Assembly: GCA_951406725.2 (NCBI GenBank)
Contig: OX597836.1
Location: forward strand, 40,362,001-40,426,000
Direction of reading: 5' to 3'
Source of the DNA: Octopus vulgaris
Taxonomy: Eukaryota
DNA: 64,000 nt
Notes under the pieces: model-generated
Databases searched by the model: none
The model's input: only the letters and a program-made list of their open reading frames with translations
What the model was told of the DNA's origin: nothing
In this document: one piece after another, positions 43,776 through 58,864 of the stretch
How the letters are laid out: each line of letters opens with the position of its first letter
Position numbering within the stretch: the stretch's first letter is position 1
Translations under genes and position numbers: made by a program

Positions 43776-44172
43776 GGGTTTTGGGTTTTTCTTCTTCTTT
43801 CAAATTTGCCTCCATTTCTTGCTGAGTGTCTTCCCGACTCCTAGGGCAAAGAAACTCATAGTATACATTGATAGGACATTAAACTAAACTCACTAGTTCG
43901 TTCATTTTTTTTTTTTTTTTGATAGGAATAAAGTTAAATTAAAATACATGGGTAGTAATAGTTCTCACATCGACAATGTTCTTCTCAATACGTGTGATGT
44001 ACCAGTTAAGACAATCTTTTGCACTTCTTGCAGGGATGGTAAACCAGGGATCATTCTCATAGAATTTTCGGTTCCCTTCTTGATCATTCCTAGTGCTCCT
44101 ACGATCACTGGTATCGTAACCGCCTTGAGATGCCACATTTTCTCAATTTTAATGAGCAGGTCTTTAAATTTT
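43776..44172 (-). mobile_element. 5'-truncated R4/Dong-type non-LTR retrotransposon (restriction-like endonuclease C-terminus plus 3' UTR) in (TAA)n
   Basis: Minus frame 44171-43965 (not in the ORF track) reads KFKDLLIKIEKMWHLKAVTIPVIVGALGMIKKGTENSMRMIPGLPSLQEVQKIVLTGTSHVLRRTLSM*, matching the K-Y/F-x-DL...W...PVIVGALG signature. (TTA)n lies on both sides. Confidence 0.85.
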
Positions 44173-44197
44173 TATTATTATTATTATTATTATTATT

Positions 44198-44910
<713 letters not shown>

Positions 44911-45075
44911 GAGGTGAGTTAACAGAATAGTCAGCATGCCGGAAGGATGCAAAGCGATACTTCGCCCGTCGCTCCGTTCTGAGTTCAAATTCCGCCGAGG
45001 TTGACTTTACCTTTCATCCTTTCTGGGACGATAAAATAAGTACCAGTGAAACACTGGGATCGATGTAATCGACTA

Positions 45076-45258
<183 letters not shown>

Positions 45259-45516
45259 CATATGCATTCATATACGTACGTGTCTGTGTGCGTGTGTGTA
45301 ATTTTCTTGGCTAATGGCTATCTGTCCCTTAGTGTGTTGAGTAAAGCACCGTTTACAGTTTTGGGCTACCTGGTGTCATCCACAGCTGGAATGTATTTCA
45401 TATTTAATCTGGATCTACGCCAGGAATTCCGCAGTGTTAATTGAGTTGCTAATAATTGATGAAGGAAACGGGAGATAGATTTAGCACTAGTCTTTATAGT
45501 TTCTTTCATCGATTAC

Positions 45517-45555
<39 letters not shown>

Positions 45556-45558
<3 letters not shown>

Positions 45559-45867
45559 AGGCACAATGGCCCAGTGGTTAGGGCAGCGGACTCGCGGTTG
45601 TAGGATCGCGGTTTCGATTCCCAGACCGGGCGTTGTGAGTGTTTATTGAACGAAAACACCTAAAAGCTCCACGAGACTCCGGCAGGGGGTGGTGGCGATC
45701 CCTGCTGTACTCTTTCGCCACAACTCTCACTCACTCTTTCTTCTGTTGGCCTGCTCGCTTAGCCAGCGGGGTGGCGTCATTTGAAGGCTAAAACAATGAG
45801 AAGCGTATTGTGACCAGCGATGTGTAGCAACATCTGATAGCCTCGTCGGTCACGGTGATCAGGGTGA

Positions 45868-45870
<3 letters not shown>
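45556..45870 (+). mobile_element. SINE family C with tail type 1, full length
   Basis: tRNA-like A/B boxes tggcccagtggttagg / ggtttcgattccc, 3' end gtcggtcacggtgatcagggtgat. Confidence 0.9.
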
Positions 45871-45903
<33 letters not shown>

Positions 45904-45933
45904 TGTATGTATGTATGTATGTATGTATGTATG

Positions 45934-45994
<61 letters not shown>

Positions 45995-46359
45995 CGAGAA
46001 GGAATGAGAGTGGAGGTTAGTTATTTTATTATTTCAATGAAAACATATTTTGAATATGTCGAAGTAATGACATTAAGAGTGGTTTTTATGGGATGTTTTT
46101 GCTTGAAGATTGATTAAGTTTATACGTCTCGCCAAATAATTCTTTTGAGTTAGCATTTTAATGCTCCGCGAGTATAAAATAAACGAACTATTATTTGCTT
46201 ACCTATTAATCGACCGATCTGTCTTCCTACCGATCTGTCTGCTTACCTATCGAGTAATCTATCTTTCCATTCACCTGTCTATCCATTTACCTATCTATCT
46301 GCTTCAGCACTATCTACTTTCTTGTTAACTACTGAATTTATCACGAAATTTCGTATCTA

Positions 46360-46576
46360 TCTCTTTTACTCTTTTACTCTTTTACTTGTTTCAGTCATTT
46401 GACTGCGGCCATGCTGGAGCACCGCCTTTAGTCGAGCAAATATCGACCCCGGGACTTATTCTTTGTAAGCCCAGTACTTATTCTATCGGTCTCTTTTTGC
46501 CGAACCGCTAAGTGATGGAGATGTAAACACACCCGCATCGGTTGTCAAGCAATGCTAGGGGGACAAACACACACAT

Positions 46577-46613
<37 letters not shown>

Positions 46614-47068
46614 TGGCTGTGTGGTAAGTAGCTTGCTAACCAGCCACATGGTTCCGGGTTCAGTCCCACTGCGTGGCATCTTGGGCAAGTGTCTTCTGCT
46701 ATAGCCCCGGGCCGACCAATGCCTTGTGAGTGGATTTGGTAGTCGGAAACTGATAGAAGCCTGTCGTATATATGTATATACGGAACCATGTGGTTGGTTA
46801 GCTAAGTGATGGGGACGTAAACACACCCGCATTGGTTGTCAAGCAATGCTAGGGGGACAAACACACACACACAAACACACACATACATATATATATACAT
46901 ATATACGACAGGCTTCTTTCAGTTTCCGTCTACTAAATCCACTCACAAAGCATTGGTTGGCCCGGGGCTATAGTAGAAGACACTTGCCCAAGATGCCACG
47001 CAGTCGGACTGAACCCGGAACCATGTAGTTGGTAAGCAAGCTACTTACCACACAGCCACTCCTGCGCC
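46360..47068. mobile_element. Rearranged family B SINE (inversion plus duplication)
   Basis: 3' half (-) at 46360-46580, then (TA)n, 5' half (+) at 46610-46775, then a duplicated middle and 5' half (-) at 46800-47068. Confidence 0.8.
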
Positions 47069-47604
47069 ACATATCTGTATATGTGTCTATCAATTTATAT
47101 CTATCTTTTCGTCTCTCTTGCTATGTGTATGACAGATTTGCTTGTCAGTTACCTAGATAAGTATTAACACATTCAGTTTTTTTACCTTAACCAGTTGAGC
47201 ATGTCCCTTGGTGGCTGACTATATGTGCATCTATGATCAAAAGCAGAAGTAGTTGGGGAGCATCATAGCCATGGGTTGAAAGCAATTCTTAGAGGTTTGG
47301 ATAATTCACCTTTGGAAACATGGGTGGTTCATTCAACATCCTTAAACATACCTATCTACAAATCTATACATCAGTCTGTCTGTCCATGTATCGATCTGTA
47401 AGTTATGCATCAATCTACTTACCTACCTACCTATCTGTCTATCTTTTTTTCCTTTTTTTTTTCTTTCCTTTTTTTTCTTTCCCTTTCACGATCCCTTTTC
47501 TTCGAAAACCTATCCCACTTTTTTTTTCTCTCCCCAAAAAAGAAAATCTCTACTTTGTAATCTGTCCCGTCTGTGTGCAGCCATGTGTGGCTAATAAAGA
47601 AACA

Positions 47605-47640
47605 TATCTATCTATCTATCTATCTATCTATCCTATCTAC

Positions 47641-47728
<88 letters not shown>

Positions 47729-47734
47729 CCTACA

Positions 47735-47832
<98 letters not shown>

Positions 47833-48012
47833 GTCTGTCTGACTATCTATCTATCTGTCTATTAATCTATCTATGTGTCTGTCTATTTACCTATCAATCC
47901 ATCTATCTATTTATCTGTCTGCCGTTCCATTTGTCTATCTAGCTATCTATCTATCTATCTCTCTATCAATCCATTTGTCTATCTATCTATCTATCAATCT
48001 ATCTCTCTATCA

Positions 48013-48079
<67 letters not shown>

Positions 48080-48160
48080 CATCCATCCATCCATCCATCT
48101 ATCTATCTATCCATCCATCTATCTATCTATCTCTCTATCAATCTATCTATCTATCTATCC

Positions 48161-48215
<55 letters not shown>
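47605..48215. repeat. (TATC)n microsatellite
   Basis: Read directly. Confidence 0.95.
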
Positions 48216-48216
<1 letters not shown>

Positions 48217-48470
48217 GTTTGTTTATTTATGCACAATACCAACCTCTCGCTAGCTTTTTCATGCGCCTTGTACTTATGCGTTAGCAGCAACTGATCCGCT
48301 CTACCTACTCCACCACAACACACGTTCTAGTTACCTATATAATGCTGTATAAGCACTAAATGTGTTAATACTTATCTAGGTAAATATGTTAATCCTTCAC
48401 AAGGTGAGCAACTAATCCAAGTCTAGTTACGATGTACTTCTGGTCGTGTTGTATCATTTAGTTGTGTAGT

Positions 48471-48857
48471 GGAAGCACTCCGTCGGTTACGACGATGAGG
48501 GTTCCGGTTGGTCCGAATCAACGGAACAGCCTGCTCGTGAAATTAACGTGTAAGTGGCTGAGCACTCCACAGACACGTGTACCCTTAACGTAGTTCTCGG
48601 AGATATTCAGCGTGACACAGAGAGTGACAAGGCCGGCCCCTTTGAAATACAGGTACAACAGAAACAGGAAGTAAGAGTGAGAGAAAGTCGTGGTGAAAGA
48701 GTACACCAGGGATCACCACCATCCCCTGCCGGAGCCTCTTGGAGCTTTTTAGGTGTTTTCGCTCAATAAACACTCACAACGCCCGGTCTGGGAATCGAAA
48801 CCGCGATCCTATGACCGCGAGTCCGCTGCCCTAACCACTGGGCCATTGCGCCTCCAC
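48471..48857 (-). mobile_element. SINE family C with tail type 2
   Basis: Ends ...accgacggagtgcttcc. TSD agttgt(g/a)tagt at 48460-48470 / 48858-48868. Confidence 0.9.
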
Positions 48858-49104
48858 AGTTGTATAGTACTTCAGACAAAACTATCCGGCAACGAAACCA
48901 GTATAGGAATAGAGGGACTAGTTGTATGAGGAGGTAATGAACGGAGACATGACGACAATGTAACAATGCCGAGTAACTTCTACTTCCGATACTACCAATA
49001 AGACTTGTAAATTTATTGTGTAGTCTGTTTGAAGTCTTATTTTAAAATCTATGGAGCTTTCATATTCATAAAATTTCATATTCATAAAATTTAGAGCGTG
49101 TCTA

Positions 49105-49468
49105 TTTACTCAGAACGTAACGGCAGCCGAAATTCCTATTTCTTCACAACCCACAAGGGGCTAAACACAAAGAGGACAAAACAAGGACAGACACACGGAT
49201 TAAGTCGATTATATCGACCCCAGTGCGTAACTGGTACTTATTTAATCGACCCGGAAAGGATGAAAGGCAAAGTCGACCTCGGCGGAATTTGAACTCAGAA
49301 CGTAACGGCAGCCGAAATTCCTATTTCTTCACAACCCACAAGGGGCTAAACACAGAAGGGACAAACAAGGACAGACAAACGGATAAAGTCGATTATATCG
49401 ATCCCAGTGGGAACTGGTACTTAAATTTATCGACCCCGAAAGGATGAAAGGCGAAGTCGACCTCGGCG
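49105..49468 (-). mobile_element. SINE family A tandem bodies
   Basis: Two bodies with the junction ggcagccgaaattcctatttc repeated at about 49122 and 49307. Confidence 0.85.
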
Positions 49469-49934
49469 GTGGCGGCGGTGGGGGTGGTGGTGGTGGCTGT
49501 GCGGTGGCGGTGGCACTGGTGATGGTGGTAGTGGTGGTGGCGGCAACGACGACGACGACAATGGCAACGATCACATTGAGGATGGCGATCATAATGAAGA
49601 TGGTGAGACGATGATGAAAATGACAATGATGATGATGATGATGATGATGATGACGACGACGATGATTATGATGATGATGATGGCGATGATGATGATGATG
49701 ATGATGACGACGACGACGATGATTATGATGATGATGATGATGATGATGGCGATGGTGATGATGATGATGATGATGATGACGACGATGATGATTATTATGA
49801 TGATGATGGCGATGGTGATGATGATGATCATCATCATGATGTTGATGTTGAGAGGGAGGTTGAAAAGAAGGGAGAAAAGAAACAAACGAAAGGGAAGAAA
49901 CAAAGAAAGAAACAAACAAACAAACAAACGAAAG

Positions 49935-49988
<54 letters not shown>

Positions 49989-50588
49989 GAAACAGTAGAA
50001 GACCAAAAGAAAAGTGGGGGAGACAAGACGTTAAGTAATTAAAAGTAAATTGCTTTGCGCTGATTATTGTTGTTATTGTTGTTGTTGTTGTTGTTGTTGT
50101 TGTTCTATGGCATATTTGATGGAGTAGAGAGCTGGTAGAGCAAAGACAGTTGTGTATGCGCATTTGAGTTTATGTATATGCATGTGTGTGTGCATAAATA
50201 TACACACATCTATATATACACACATGTATGCCTATATAGTGTAGCACATGCAAATATGTGCATACATGTATATGTATGTATATATATATATATATACATA
50301 CATACATATACATAACCAAATATATGTATGTGTGTATATATATATACATATATATGTATACATATATATGTATACATATATATGTATACATATATATATA
50401 CACACATACATATATTTTTGTGAGTTATATATACATATGTATATATATGTATATGTATGTATGTATTTATGTATACATTTATATATGCATGTGTATATAC
50501 ATATTTTACACATATGTCTACATACATTTATGTATGTATATATATTTACGAATATTCTATACATATATATGTATATTTATATGCTTAC

Positions 50589-50639
<51 letters not shown>

Positions 50640-50969
50640 TAGATAGATAGATAGATATATATACATACATACATAGATACATATATATATATATATATAT
50701 ACATACATACATACGCGTATATAAATACATGCGTAGACACACACATATGCATAAAATGTTTGGTGGAAATTAAACACGACCATAAACTCTTCTCTCATCT
50801 ATTCAGGTGGAACAATGCAGACGACAACCCAGTCATGCTACTAAATAATGAAATACTGGGCAATAACTACTGATAAGTGATGGCGGCTGGGCGGGGGGGC
50901 GACTGGGCGGAGGGCGGGGGAAGGGGAGGTGGTGTTAATGGTGTTCGTGGCTCTGTTAATAGTGTTGGT

Positions 50970-51198
50970 AGCGATGATGATGATGATCATGATGATCATG
51001 ATGATGAGGAGGAGGAGGATGGTGGTGATGATGATGATCATGATCATGACCATGATGATGATCATGATGATGATGATCATGATGATGATGATGATGATGA
51101 TGATGGTGGTGGTGATGATGGTGATAATAATGATGATGATGATGATGATGATGACGATGATGATGATGATAATGATGATGATGATAATGATGGTGGTG

Positions 51199-51230
<32 letters not shown>

Positions 51231-51289
51231 GATGATAATGATGATGATTATGATGATGGTGGTGATGATGACGTTGATGGCGATGATGG

Positions 51290-51342
<53 letters not shown>

Positions 51343-51373
51343 GTGGTGATGATGACGTTGATGGCGATAATGG

Positions 51374-51427
<54 letters not shown>

Positions 51428-51454
51428 CGTTGATGGCGATAATGGTGATGATGA

Positions 51455-51486
<32 letters not shown>

Positions 51487-51527
51487 ATGATGGTGATAAT
51501 AATGATGATGATGGTGATGATGATGAC

Positions 51528-51561
<34 letters not shown>

Positions 51562-51650
51562 ATGATGATGGTGGTGATGATGACGTTGATGGCGATAATG
51601 GTGATGATGATGATGATGATAATGATGATGATGATGATGATGATGATGAT
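50970..51650. repeat. (GAT)n-based trinucleotide tract; similar tracts at about 49610-49850 and 55912-56432
   Basis: Read directly. These explain the poly-Asp, poly-Met and poly-His ORFs. Confidence 0.95.
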
Positions 51651-52060
51651 AGCGGTGGGGGTAGTGGTCAGTTGGTGTGAGTGTCGTGGGGGTTTGATGC
51701 AGGTATTATATGTTGATCCTGATGGTGGCGTCATAGCAAAGGCGGCGGTGTTAGGATTTTTGTTTCTTGTTTTTTTGTTGTTTTTGTTATCGCTTAGTGT
51801 TTCAGATTCTTTCTCTTTCTCTTTCTCTTTCTCTTTCTCTTTCTCTTTCTCTCTCTCTTTCTTTCTACATTGAAGCAGTAGTAGCAGTGGTGGTGGTGGT
51901 GGTGGCGGCTGTAGTGGCAGTGGTGGTGATGGTTTGAACAGCTGTGTAGAAGTATCGATGAATAGTTAGTTTGTGTTTTCATTAGATACAGAACCAAATT
52001 ATATATATATAGAAGAAAAGCAACGACAAAGGAATAACCGATTATCTAATGGACTTCATT

Positions 52061-52140
52061 AGCTTACAGCTGTTTCCAGTATAAGATGCTGTGGGCTCAG
52101 AGTTGAGTCTTGAGTAACACCTTATAGCTTCGTCAGAGCT
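52061..52140 (-). ncRNA. Type-I hammerhead ribozyme with canonical core and long stem II
   Basis: Minus strand reads agct-CUGACGA-agc tataaggtgtt...agcatcttata ctg-GAAA-cagcug-UA-agct, with palindromic ACAGCUGU stem III. A decayed homologue at 39065-39145 shares the downstream agctaatgaag. Confidence 0.7.
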
Positions 52141-52289
52141 TTAACATGAAGTGCAATTTATTTTGGGAATGAAATGCATTTGAAGGCGTTACCAATGAGG
52201 AAGCAAATATGTGGAGGGTGGAATTCCGGAGCTCATTGCGTATATTGTGTTCTGTACCATATTGTACCGTCGGAATAAAAATATAAAAA

Positions 52290-52525
52290 TAAATGCGCCC
52301 TTTTAGAGCCTAGACAGGCTATGGGCCCCGTTTCCCGGTTTCAATGGCGTATGTGTTCCCCGGTTGAGTCCATCGCAGCGTTACTCATTTTTACCTGCTG
52401 AGTGGACTGGAGCAACGTGAAATGAAGTGTTTTGCTCACGAACACAACGCGTCGCCCGGCCCAGGAATCGAAACCACAATCTTACGATCATGATGCTAAC
52501 ACCCTAACCACTAAGCCACGCGCCT
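52290..52525 (-). mobile_element. SINE family D, head interrupted by an RTE insertion (5' end resumes at 53186-53202)
   Basis: Minus-strand head ggcgcgtggcttagtggttagggtg...ggtttcgattcc. Its 3' end matches the fragment at about 21400-21507. Confidence 0.85.
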
Positions 52526-53185
52526 TGTGAAAGGTAGGAGAGTCCAGTTTGCTGGACATTGTTGTAGAGCTGAAAAACGAGGTAATTTCTACTCTTCTCC
52601 TCTGGAAGCCATCTACTTGCAATACCAGAGGGCGCACACTCTTCTACCCTGATGTAATCTCCAGGGATACAGGCATCCAGCGACAGTACCTCCGTAATGC
52701 CATGATGGACCGTGCAGTCTGGCGTAACACAGTAAGTTCCATTGTCTCGACCACGATTGAGCAATGATGATGCTGTACGTATGTATGTATGAGGCGAGTG
52801 TAAGTTCCATCCAACCACCTCTCAAGCGGTTGGATGGAACTTAGACTCGTCTCCTTATGAGAGCTCAAAATCTCCCGTGGAAGCGTCATCCAACCAAAGT
52901 ACAAATATATGGGAAACTACCACCTGTGTCATCTCTTGTGAAAGGTAGAAGAGTCCAGTTTGCTGGACATTGTTGTAGATCTGAAAAAGAGGTAATTTCT
53001 ACTCTTCTCCTCTGGAAGCCATCTACTCACAATACCAGAGGGCGCACACTCTCCTACCCTGATGTAATCTCCAGGGATACAGGCATCCAGCAACAGGACC
53101 TCCGTAATGCCATGATGGACCGTGAAGTCTAGCGTAACATAGTAAATTCCATTGTCTCGACCACGGTCGAACTATGATGATGATG
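52526..53185 (+). mobile_element. Composite RTE LINE insertion: two tandem 3' fragments with an inverted spacer
   Basis: 52526-52772 and 52826-53185 both match 24314-24735 and end in (tga)n. One TSD, aagccacgcgcct, at 52513-52525 / 53186-53198. Confidence 0.9.
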
Positions 53186-53284
53186 AAGCCACGCGCCTCC
53201 ACTTCTGTCGGAATGCCTAAGCGAAATATAGATGTGTATGTTTTACAAAAGAGACTATTAAAAAGCTACGGTGCATTACTAGTA

Positions 53285-53616
53285 CAAAGAGCCCCTTCGG
53301 TATGACCCGGTATGACCATGGCATTGCACCTAGAAAGTTCCCTTCTGAGGCACAAATCCAGACAGGGTTGTTTATAGAAGACCAGCAGTCGTCCATCCAT
53401 ACCAGCCTCCCCTCTCCTCGCCACCGATGTTATGCAAAGTAAAGGCAAAGGGGCCGATAAAACTTGGCACCAGTGACATTGCATCTCATTTCTACAGCTG
53501 AGTGAACTGGAGCAACGTGAAATAAAGTGTCTTGCTCAAGAACACAACACGCAGCCCTGTCCGGGAATCGAACCTCATGATTGTGAGCCCGATATTCTTA
53601 CCACCGAGCCATGCGT
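53285..53616 (-). mobile_element. SINE with family D-type head/core and a different tail (tail fragment also at about 54135-54285, +)
   Basis: Core cttgagcaagacactttatttcacgttgctccagttcactcagctg. Tail cgactgctggtcttc...aactttctaggtgcaat is shared with 54186-54254. Confidence 0.75.
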
Positions 53617-53641
53617 CTTCACTGGTATAAATATAAGATGT

Positions 53642-54025
53642 GGAAGCACTCCATCGATTACGACGACGAGAGTTCCGGTTGATCCGAATCAACGGAACAG
53701 CCTGCTCGTGAAATTAACGTGTAAGTGGCTGAGCACTCCACAGACACGTGTACCCTTAACGTAGTTCTCGGGGATATTCAGCGTGACACAGAGAGTGACA
53801 AGGCCGGCCCTTTGAAATGCAGGCCCTTTGAAATGCAGGAAGTAAGAGTGAGAGAAAGTTGTGGTGAAAGAGTACAGCAGGGATCACCATCATCCCCTGC
53901 CGGAGCCTCGTGGAACTTTTAGGTGTTTTCGCTCAATAAACACTCACAACGCCCGGTCTGGGAATCGAAACCGCGATCCTATGACCGCGAGTCCGCTGCC
54001 CTAACCACTGGGCCATTGCGCCTCC
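53642..54025 (-). mobile_element. SINE family C with tail type 2 and a 25-bp TSD
   Basis: cttcactggtataaatataagatgt at 53617-53641 and 54026-54050. Confidence 0.92.
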
Positions 54026-54494
54026 CTTCACTGGTATAAATATAAGATGTACCGTGTCTGTCTGACATATCTGGACAGTCTCTGCAGTATCCAGCGCGTT
54101 TCTGTACAGCTGCAGACTCTCGTATTGTACCAACTGGTACCTTTCCCTTGGATAACACTGGTGGCGTGGAGAGGATATACATGAGCGACTGCTGGTCTTC
54201 CATAAACAACTTTGCCCAGACTTGCGCCTGGGAGGGTAACTTTCTAGGTGCAATCAAACGGTCAGTCATGACCGAAAGGGGTCTCAGCAACAGCAACGAC
54301 AGGCTTCTTTCAGTTTCCGTCTACCAAATCCACTCACAAGGCTTTGGTCGGCCCGATGCTATAATAGAAGACACTAGCCCAAGATGTCACGCAGTGGAAC
54401 TGAACGCGGAACTATGTTGTCGGGAAGCAAGCTTCTTACCACACAGCCACAAAAATATTTTAACAACTTTTCTTATGCAATTCCTAATATCTAA

Positions 54495-54511
54495 TCTCTC
54501 TATATATAAAC

Positions 54512-54546
<35 letters not shown>

Positions 54547-54828
54547 CTTTATACAAATCCACAATTTTTCAGTTAGAGGGTTCGCACTTTCTATGGTCAT
54601 TCAAAACCGTCCAAGGGTGGTCGTGCATATCTTTACATTTCCCCAGTCGCCCCGCAAAGCCATTTAAAAGAAAATCAATAGAAGTGACTTTTTTGTGAAT
54701 TTTCTATCCAAAACCCAATCAAAATGCCCGAAACTTGATACACCAATTGAATGCCAGCTAGCTGTATGTGATTGGTCAGAGATTTGGACAGTACTCGCGT
54801 GTATGTGCATGCCGGGTCATAGTGCTAG
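54495..54828 (+). mobile_element. Non-autonomous Helitron
   Basis: 5' end a|TCtctctatatataaa, internal (TG)n, imperfect GC-rich hairpin ctcgcgtgtatgtgcatgccggg about 8 nt before the terminal CTAG|t, no TSD. Confidence 0.75.
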
Positions 54829-55270
54829 TTATAAATATACAGTACAATTATATTTTATACACATCAAATGACTATGGATGTCCAATGGAATTAGAACAGG
54901 AGCCAAAGAGCTCCATGGCCCCAAAAAATGGTTGCGAACCACAGCTCTATGGTGTTGCTGATACGAAAGGAGATAGTGTTATTGGTAAGTTAGATTCGAC
55001 TTAGCCCGTGGTTGCAGAGCCAGGTACCTTGAGGAATAAACGATGGGATGGTGCAATAGCCACATATCACTTGTTTTCTGAATGTTTTATAGCGTATCCA
55101 GAACTACACTATATAACGTGTCCCACCTTCTTCGAGAAAGATGCCAACTGTTCTTTGCATCTTGAGAAACCATGTAGAGGCCACTCTTATTGGCTTGCTA
55201 GTGGCAATCACAGCTGCTGCTGCTGCTGCTGCTGCTACTGCTGTTGTTGTTTTCGTTGCTCCCAGTTGTT

Positions 55271-55338
<68 letters not shown>

Positions 55339-55937
55339 GTCGGTGGCTGCTGTTGAAGTTATTGTTTCTGTTAGGACTTCACATTGCTGTACATCTTTTG
55401 TGAAACGCAAGCGCCATTGTCTGTCCATAAGATCGAATATTGATGTTGGCTCTGAGTGGAAGGAAGAAGAAGAAGAAAGGGGGGAGAGGAGGGGGAGAGA
55501 GGGATAAGGGGAGAAGGGGAGGGGGGTTCAGGAGGAGGTAGAGGTGGGAAAGGAAAACAGAGAGAACAATTACAACACCACCAAACAACAACAATAACGA
55601 AAAAAAATAAAAGAAATGAATTGTTTTATAAGGAGACACACAGACAGAAAAATCTAAAAGAGCAACTGCCTACACGCACACATGCACAAGCACACACACA
55701 TGCACAAGCACACACACATGCAAACTCACATATACACACACGTGTGCACACACACACACACGCGCGCACGCACACACACTTGCACATATACACACACACA
55801 AGCATATTGAGTGGCTTGCCTATGAGTGTATATCGTGTATGTGTATGCATGTGCGTGAGCGTGTATGTGGAAGTGTGACGGCGACGGTGCTGTTGCTGCT
55901 GCTGCTGCTTGCGATGATGATGATGATGATGATGATA

Positions 55938-55980
<43 letters not shown>

Positions 55981-55993
55981 CGATGATGATGAC

Positions 55994-56036
<43 letters not shown>

Positions 56037-56188
56037 GGGATGACTGATGATGATGGCGATGATGATGATAACGACTACGACGATGACGATAGCGATGATT
56101 ATGGCAATGATGACGATGACGATGATGATGATTGTGGTGACGGTGACGACGATGATGATGAAGAGGTGGGGCAGGAGGAAGAGGATTA

Positions 56189-56223
<35 letters not shown>

Positions 56224-56255
56224 ATGATGATGACGACGACGACGACGACGACGAC

Positions 56256-56299
<44 letters not shown>

Positions 56300-56394
56300 C
56301 GATGATGACGATGATGATGACGGTGATGATGATGATGATGATGACATTGATGATGACGATGATGATGATGATGATGATGATGATGGTGATGACA

Positions 56395-56433
<39 letters not shown>

Positions 56434-57180
56434 TAACTATAATGAAACATTTTATTGATGCGATCGATTGAGATGAAATGTTCTGGGAATGGTGGGGGAT
56501 GGGGGCGGGACGGTGAGAGTAGTGGGCAGTTGTGGATTGAGGTAGGAGATGCGTGGGGAGGTGGGGAAAGTTAGGAGGTGGAACGGACGAAAGCAGGAAG
56601 GAAGAAAGGAAGCAAAAACAAATGAAAAACAAACAAAAAAACAAAGCAAGCAAGGACACGAGTAAAAAAGAATAAGGAGGAAAGAAAAGAATGAAAGTAA
56701 GATGTTGAAAGCTGTTGAAAGAAAACCATAAAAGAATGAAAGAGAAATATTGTAAAGAATAAGAAACGAGAAGAAAATGGCGGTATCAAAGCGCGAATAA
56801 GTTGTTGATGGTCGGAATGAATGAATGAATGAAAGAATAAAGGAAAGAAAACAATAAGAAAAATGAATAAACAAAAAAAAGAAAAAGAAAAATTAATAAG
56901 CGAAAGAGAGCAAGAAGAAAGTGAATAAAAGAAAGAAAGAAAACAAGAAGAAAAAGTACTTAGAAACATATGCTGTGAAAACAGATGAATTTTGACAATG
57001 GAATGGAAGCGGCGGGATACGAAACCTTCACCTACGTATTTTGGTATGGGGATTTTTTTTTTTGAGCTACAATTTAGTAGGTTATCTATTGTTCGGCTAT
57101 GAGCTGAGTCCATTATGAAGGTTGTCCAACCACTTTCGTTTGGCCAAAGAACGTTTATCTGTCTTCCCATCTTGATGTTG

Positions 57181-57746
57181 GACAAACAGAGGGGACAAAC
57201 AAGGACAGGTACACGGATTAAGTCGATTACATCGACCCCAGTGCGTAACTGGTACTTATTTAATCGACCCTGAAAGGATTAAAGGCAAAGTCGACCTCGG
57301 CGGAATTTGAACTCAGAACGTAACGGCAGACGAAATACCTGTTTCTTTACTACCCACAAGGGGCTAAACACAGAGAGAACAAACAAGGACAGACAAAAGT
57401 TCATTTCACGTCGCCATTACTGAATCTCTTTTTCTCCCTCCGACCTACTTCTTCCCCTTTTTCTCTTCTTCCCGTCATCCTTAATGGGATCCACACTTTT
57501 CTGCCCGTATACCTATTTCTTTACTACCCACAAGGGCCTAAACACAGAGGGGACAAACAAGGACAGACAAACGGATTAAGTCGATTACATCGACCCCAGT
57601 GCGTAACTGGTACTTATTTAATCGACCCCGAAAGGATGAAAGGCAAAGTCGACCTCGGTAGAATTTGAACTCAGAACGTAACGGCAGACGAAATACGGCT
57701 AAGCATTTCGCCCGCGTGCTAACGTTTCTGCCAGCTCGCCGCCTTA
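57181..57746 (-). mobile_element. SINE family A copies (57181-57397 partial tandem; 57511-57746 full)
   Basis: Reverse-complement matches to 366-596. Confidence 0.85.
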
Positions 57747-58285
57747 AGTCCCACGACATATATCTGTAAACATTAATGTGTGTGTGTGTGTGTATGTGTG
57801 TGTGTGTGTGTGTGCAGTACAATATACCATAGAATATTAACCATGTGGTGACAGTAAAATATGCCTTAAAACACTAACCACATTATGGCCTGTAATAAAA
57901 TACATTTAAATACTGGCCACACACGGAGTTACGACAGTTACTAAGCACACAACAAATTCCACTACTGACCACACAACGGTCAGCAGTAGAAAATACATTA
58001 AAACAACACTGAGCAGTCACGTGTATATAAAAAATACTGACCCCAATATATTTGCTTAATAGCTAGTAGTACTAATTACTCACTACTTATATGTCCTAGT
58101 TACCACAGCAAAATTTATTGAAATAATAACCATATGCGTGGATGCATTAGTACTATTAATATATACTAAACGTTAACCACCTACGTATGAACAATATTTA
58201 GCCTGCGTAGATAGATTTATTAACTAGTAGTACTAACATATAACCAAAGACTAACCACATGCAGATTTAAATATTCAAATATGAA

Positions 58286-58338
<53 letters not shown>

Positions 58339-58343
58339 TACAT

Positions 58344-58416
<73 letters not shown>

Positions 58417-58502
58417 TAGATAGATATACACACATATACACACATAGATATAGATAGATATACAAACATATACACACATATACATATATATATATGTGTG
58501 TA

Positions 58503-58567
<65 letters not shown>

Positions 58568-58820
58568 CAGATATGTGTTTACCATTTGTGTGCCATGCTG
58601 GGGCACCATCTTTAGTCGAGCAAATCGACCCCAGGACTTATTCTTTGTGTGTGTGTGTGTGATGTTGTGTGTGTGTGTGTGTGTAAAATATATATAAAAA
58701 TACAAAATGGGACAAGAACGCAAAACACTCAAAGAGACGACACAGAAAACGGACAGGTCATTCGAAGCCTCTAATCTTCGGTCAAGAACCGGATCATCCT
58801 CGCAATTTCGGCTGATTAAT

Positions 58821-58864
<44 letters not shown>

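Noticed and set aside
50841-51873. Asp/Gly-rich 267-aa ORF resembling acidic biomineralisation proteins (also 55839-56471)
   Set aside because: It is a (GAT)n expansion that is open in several frames and on both strands, with no signal peptide. Similar tracts are scattered through the window.
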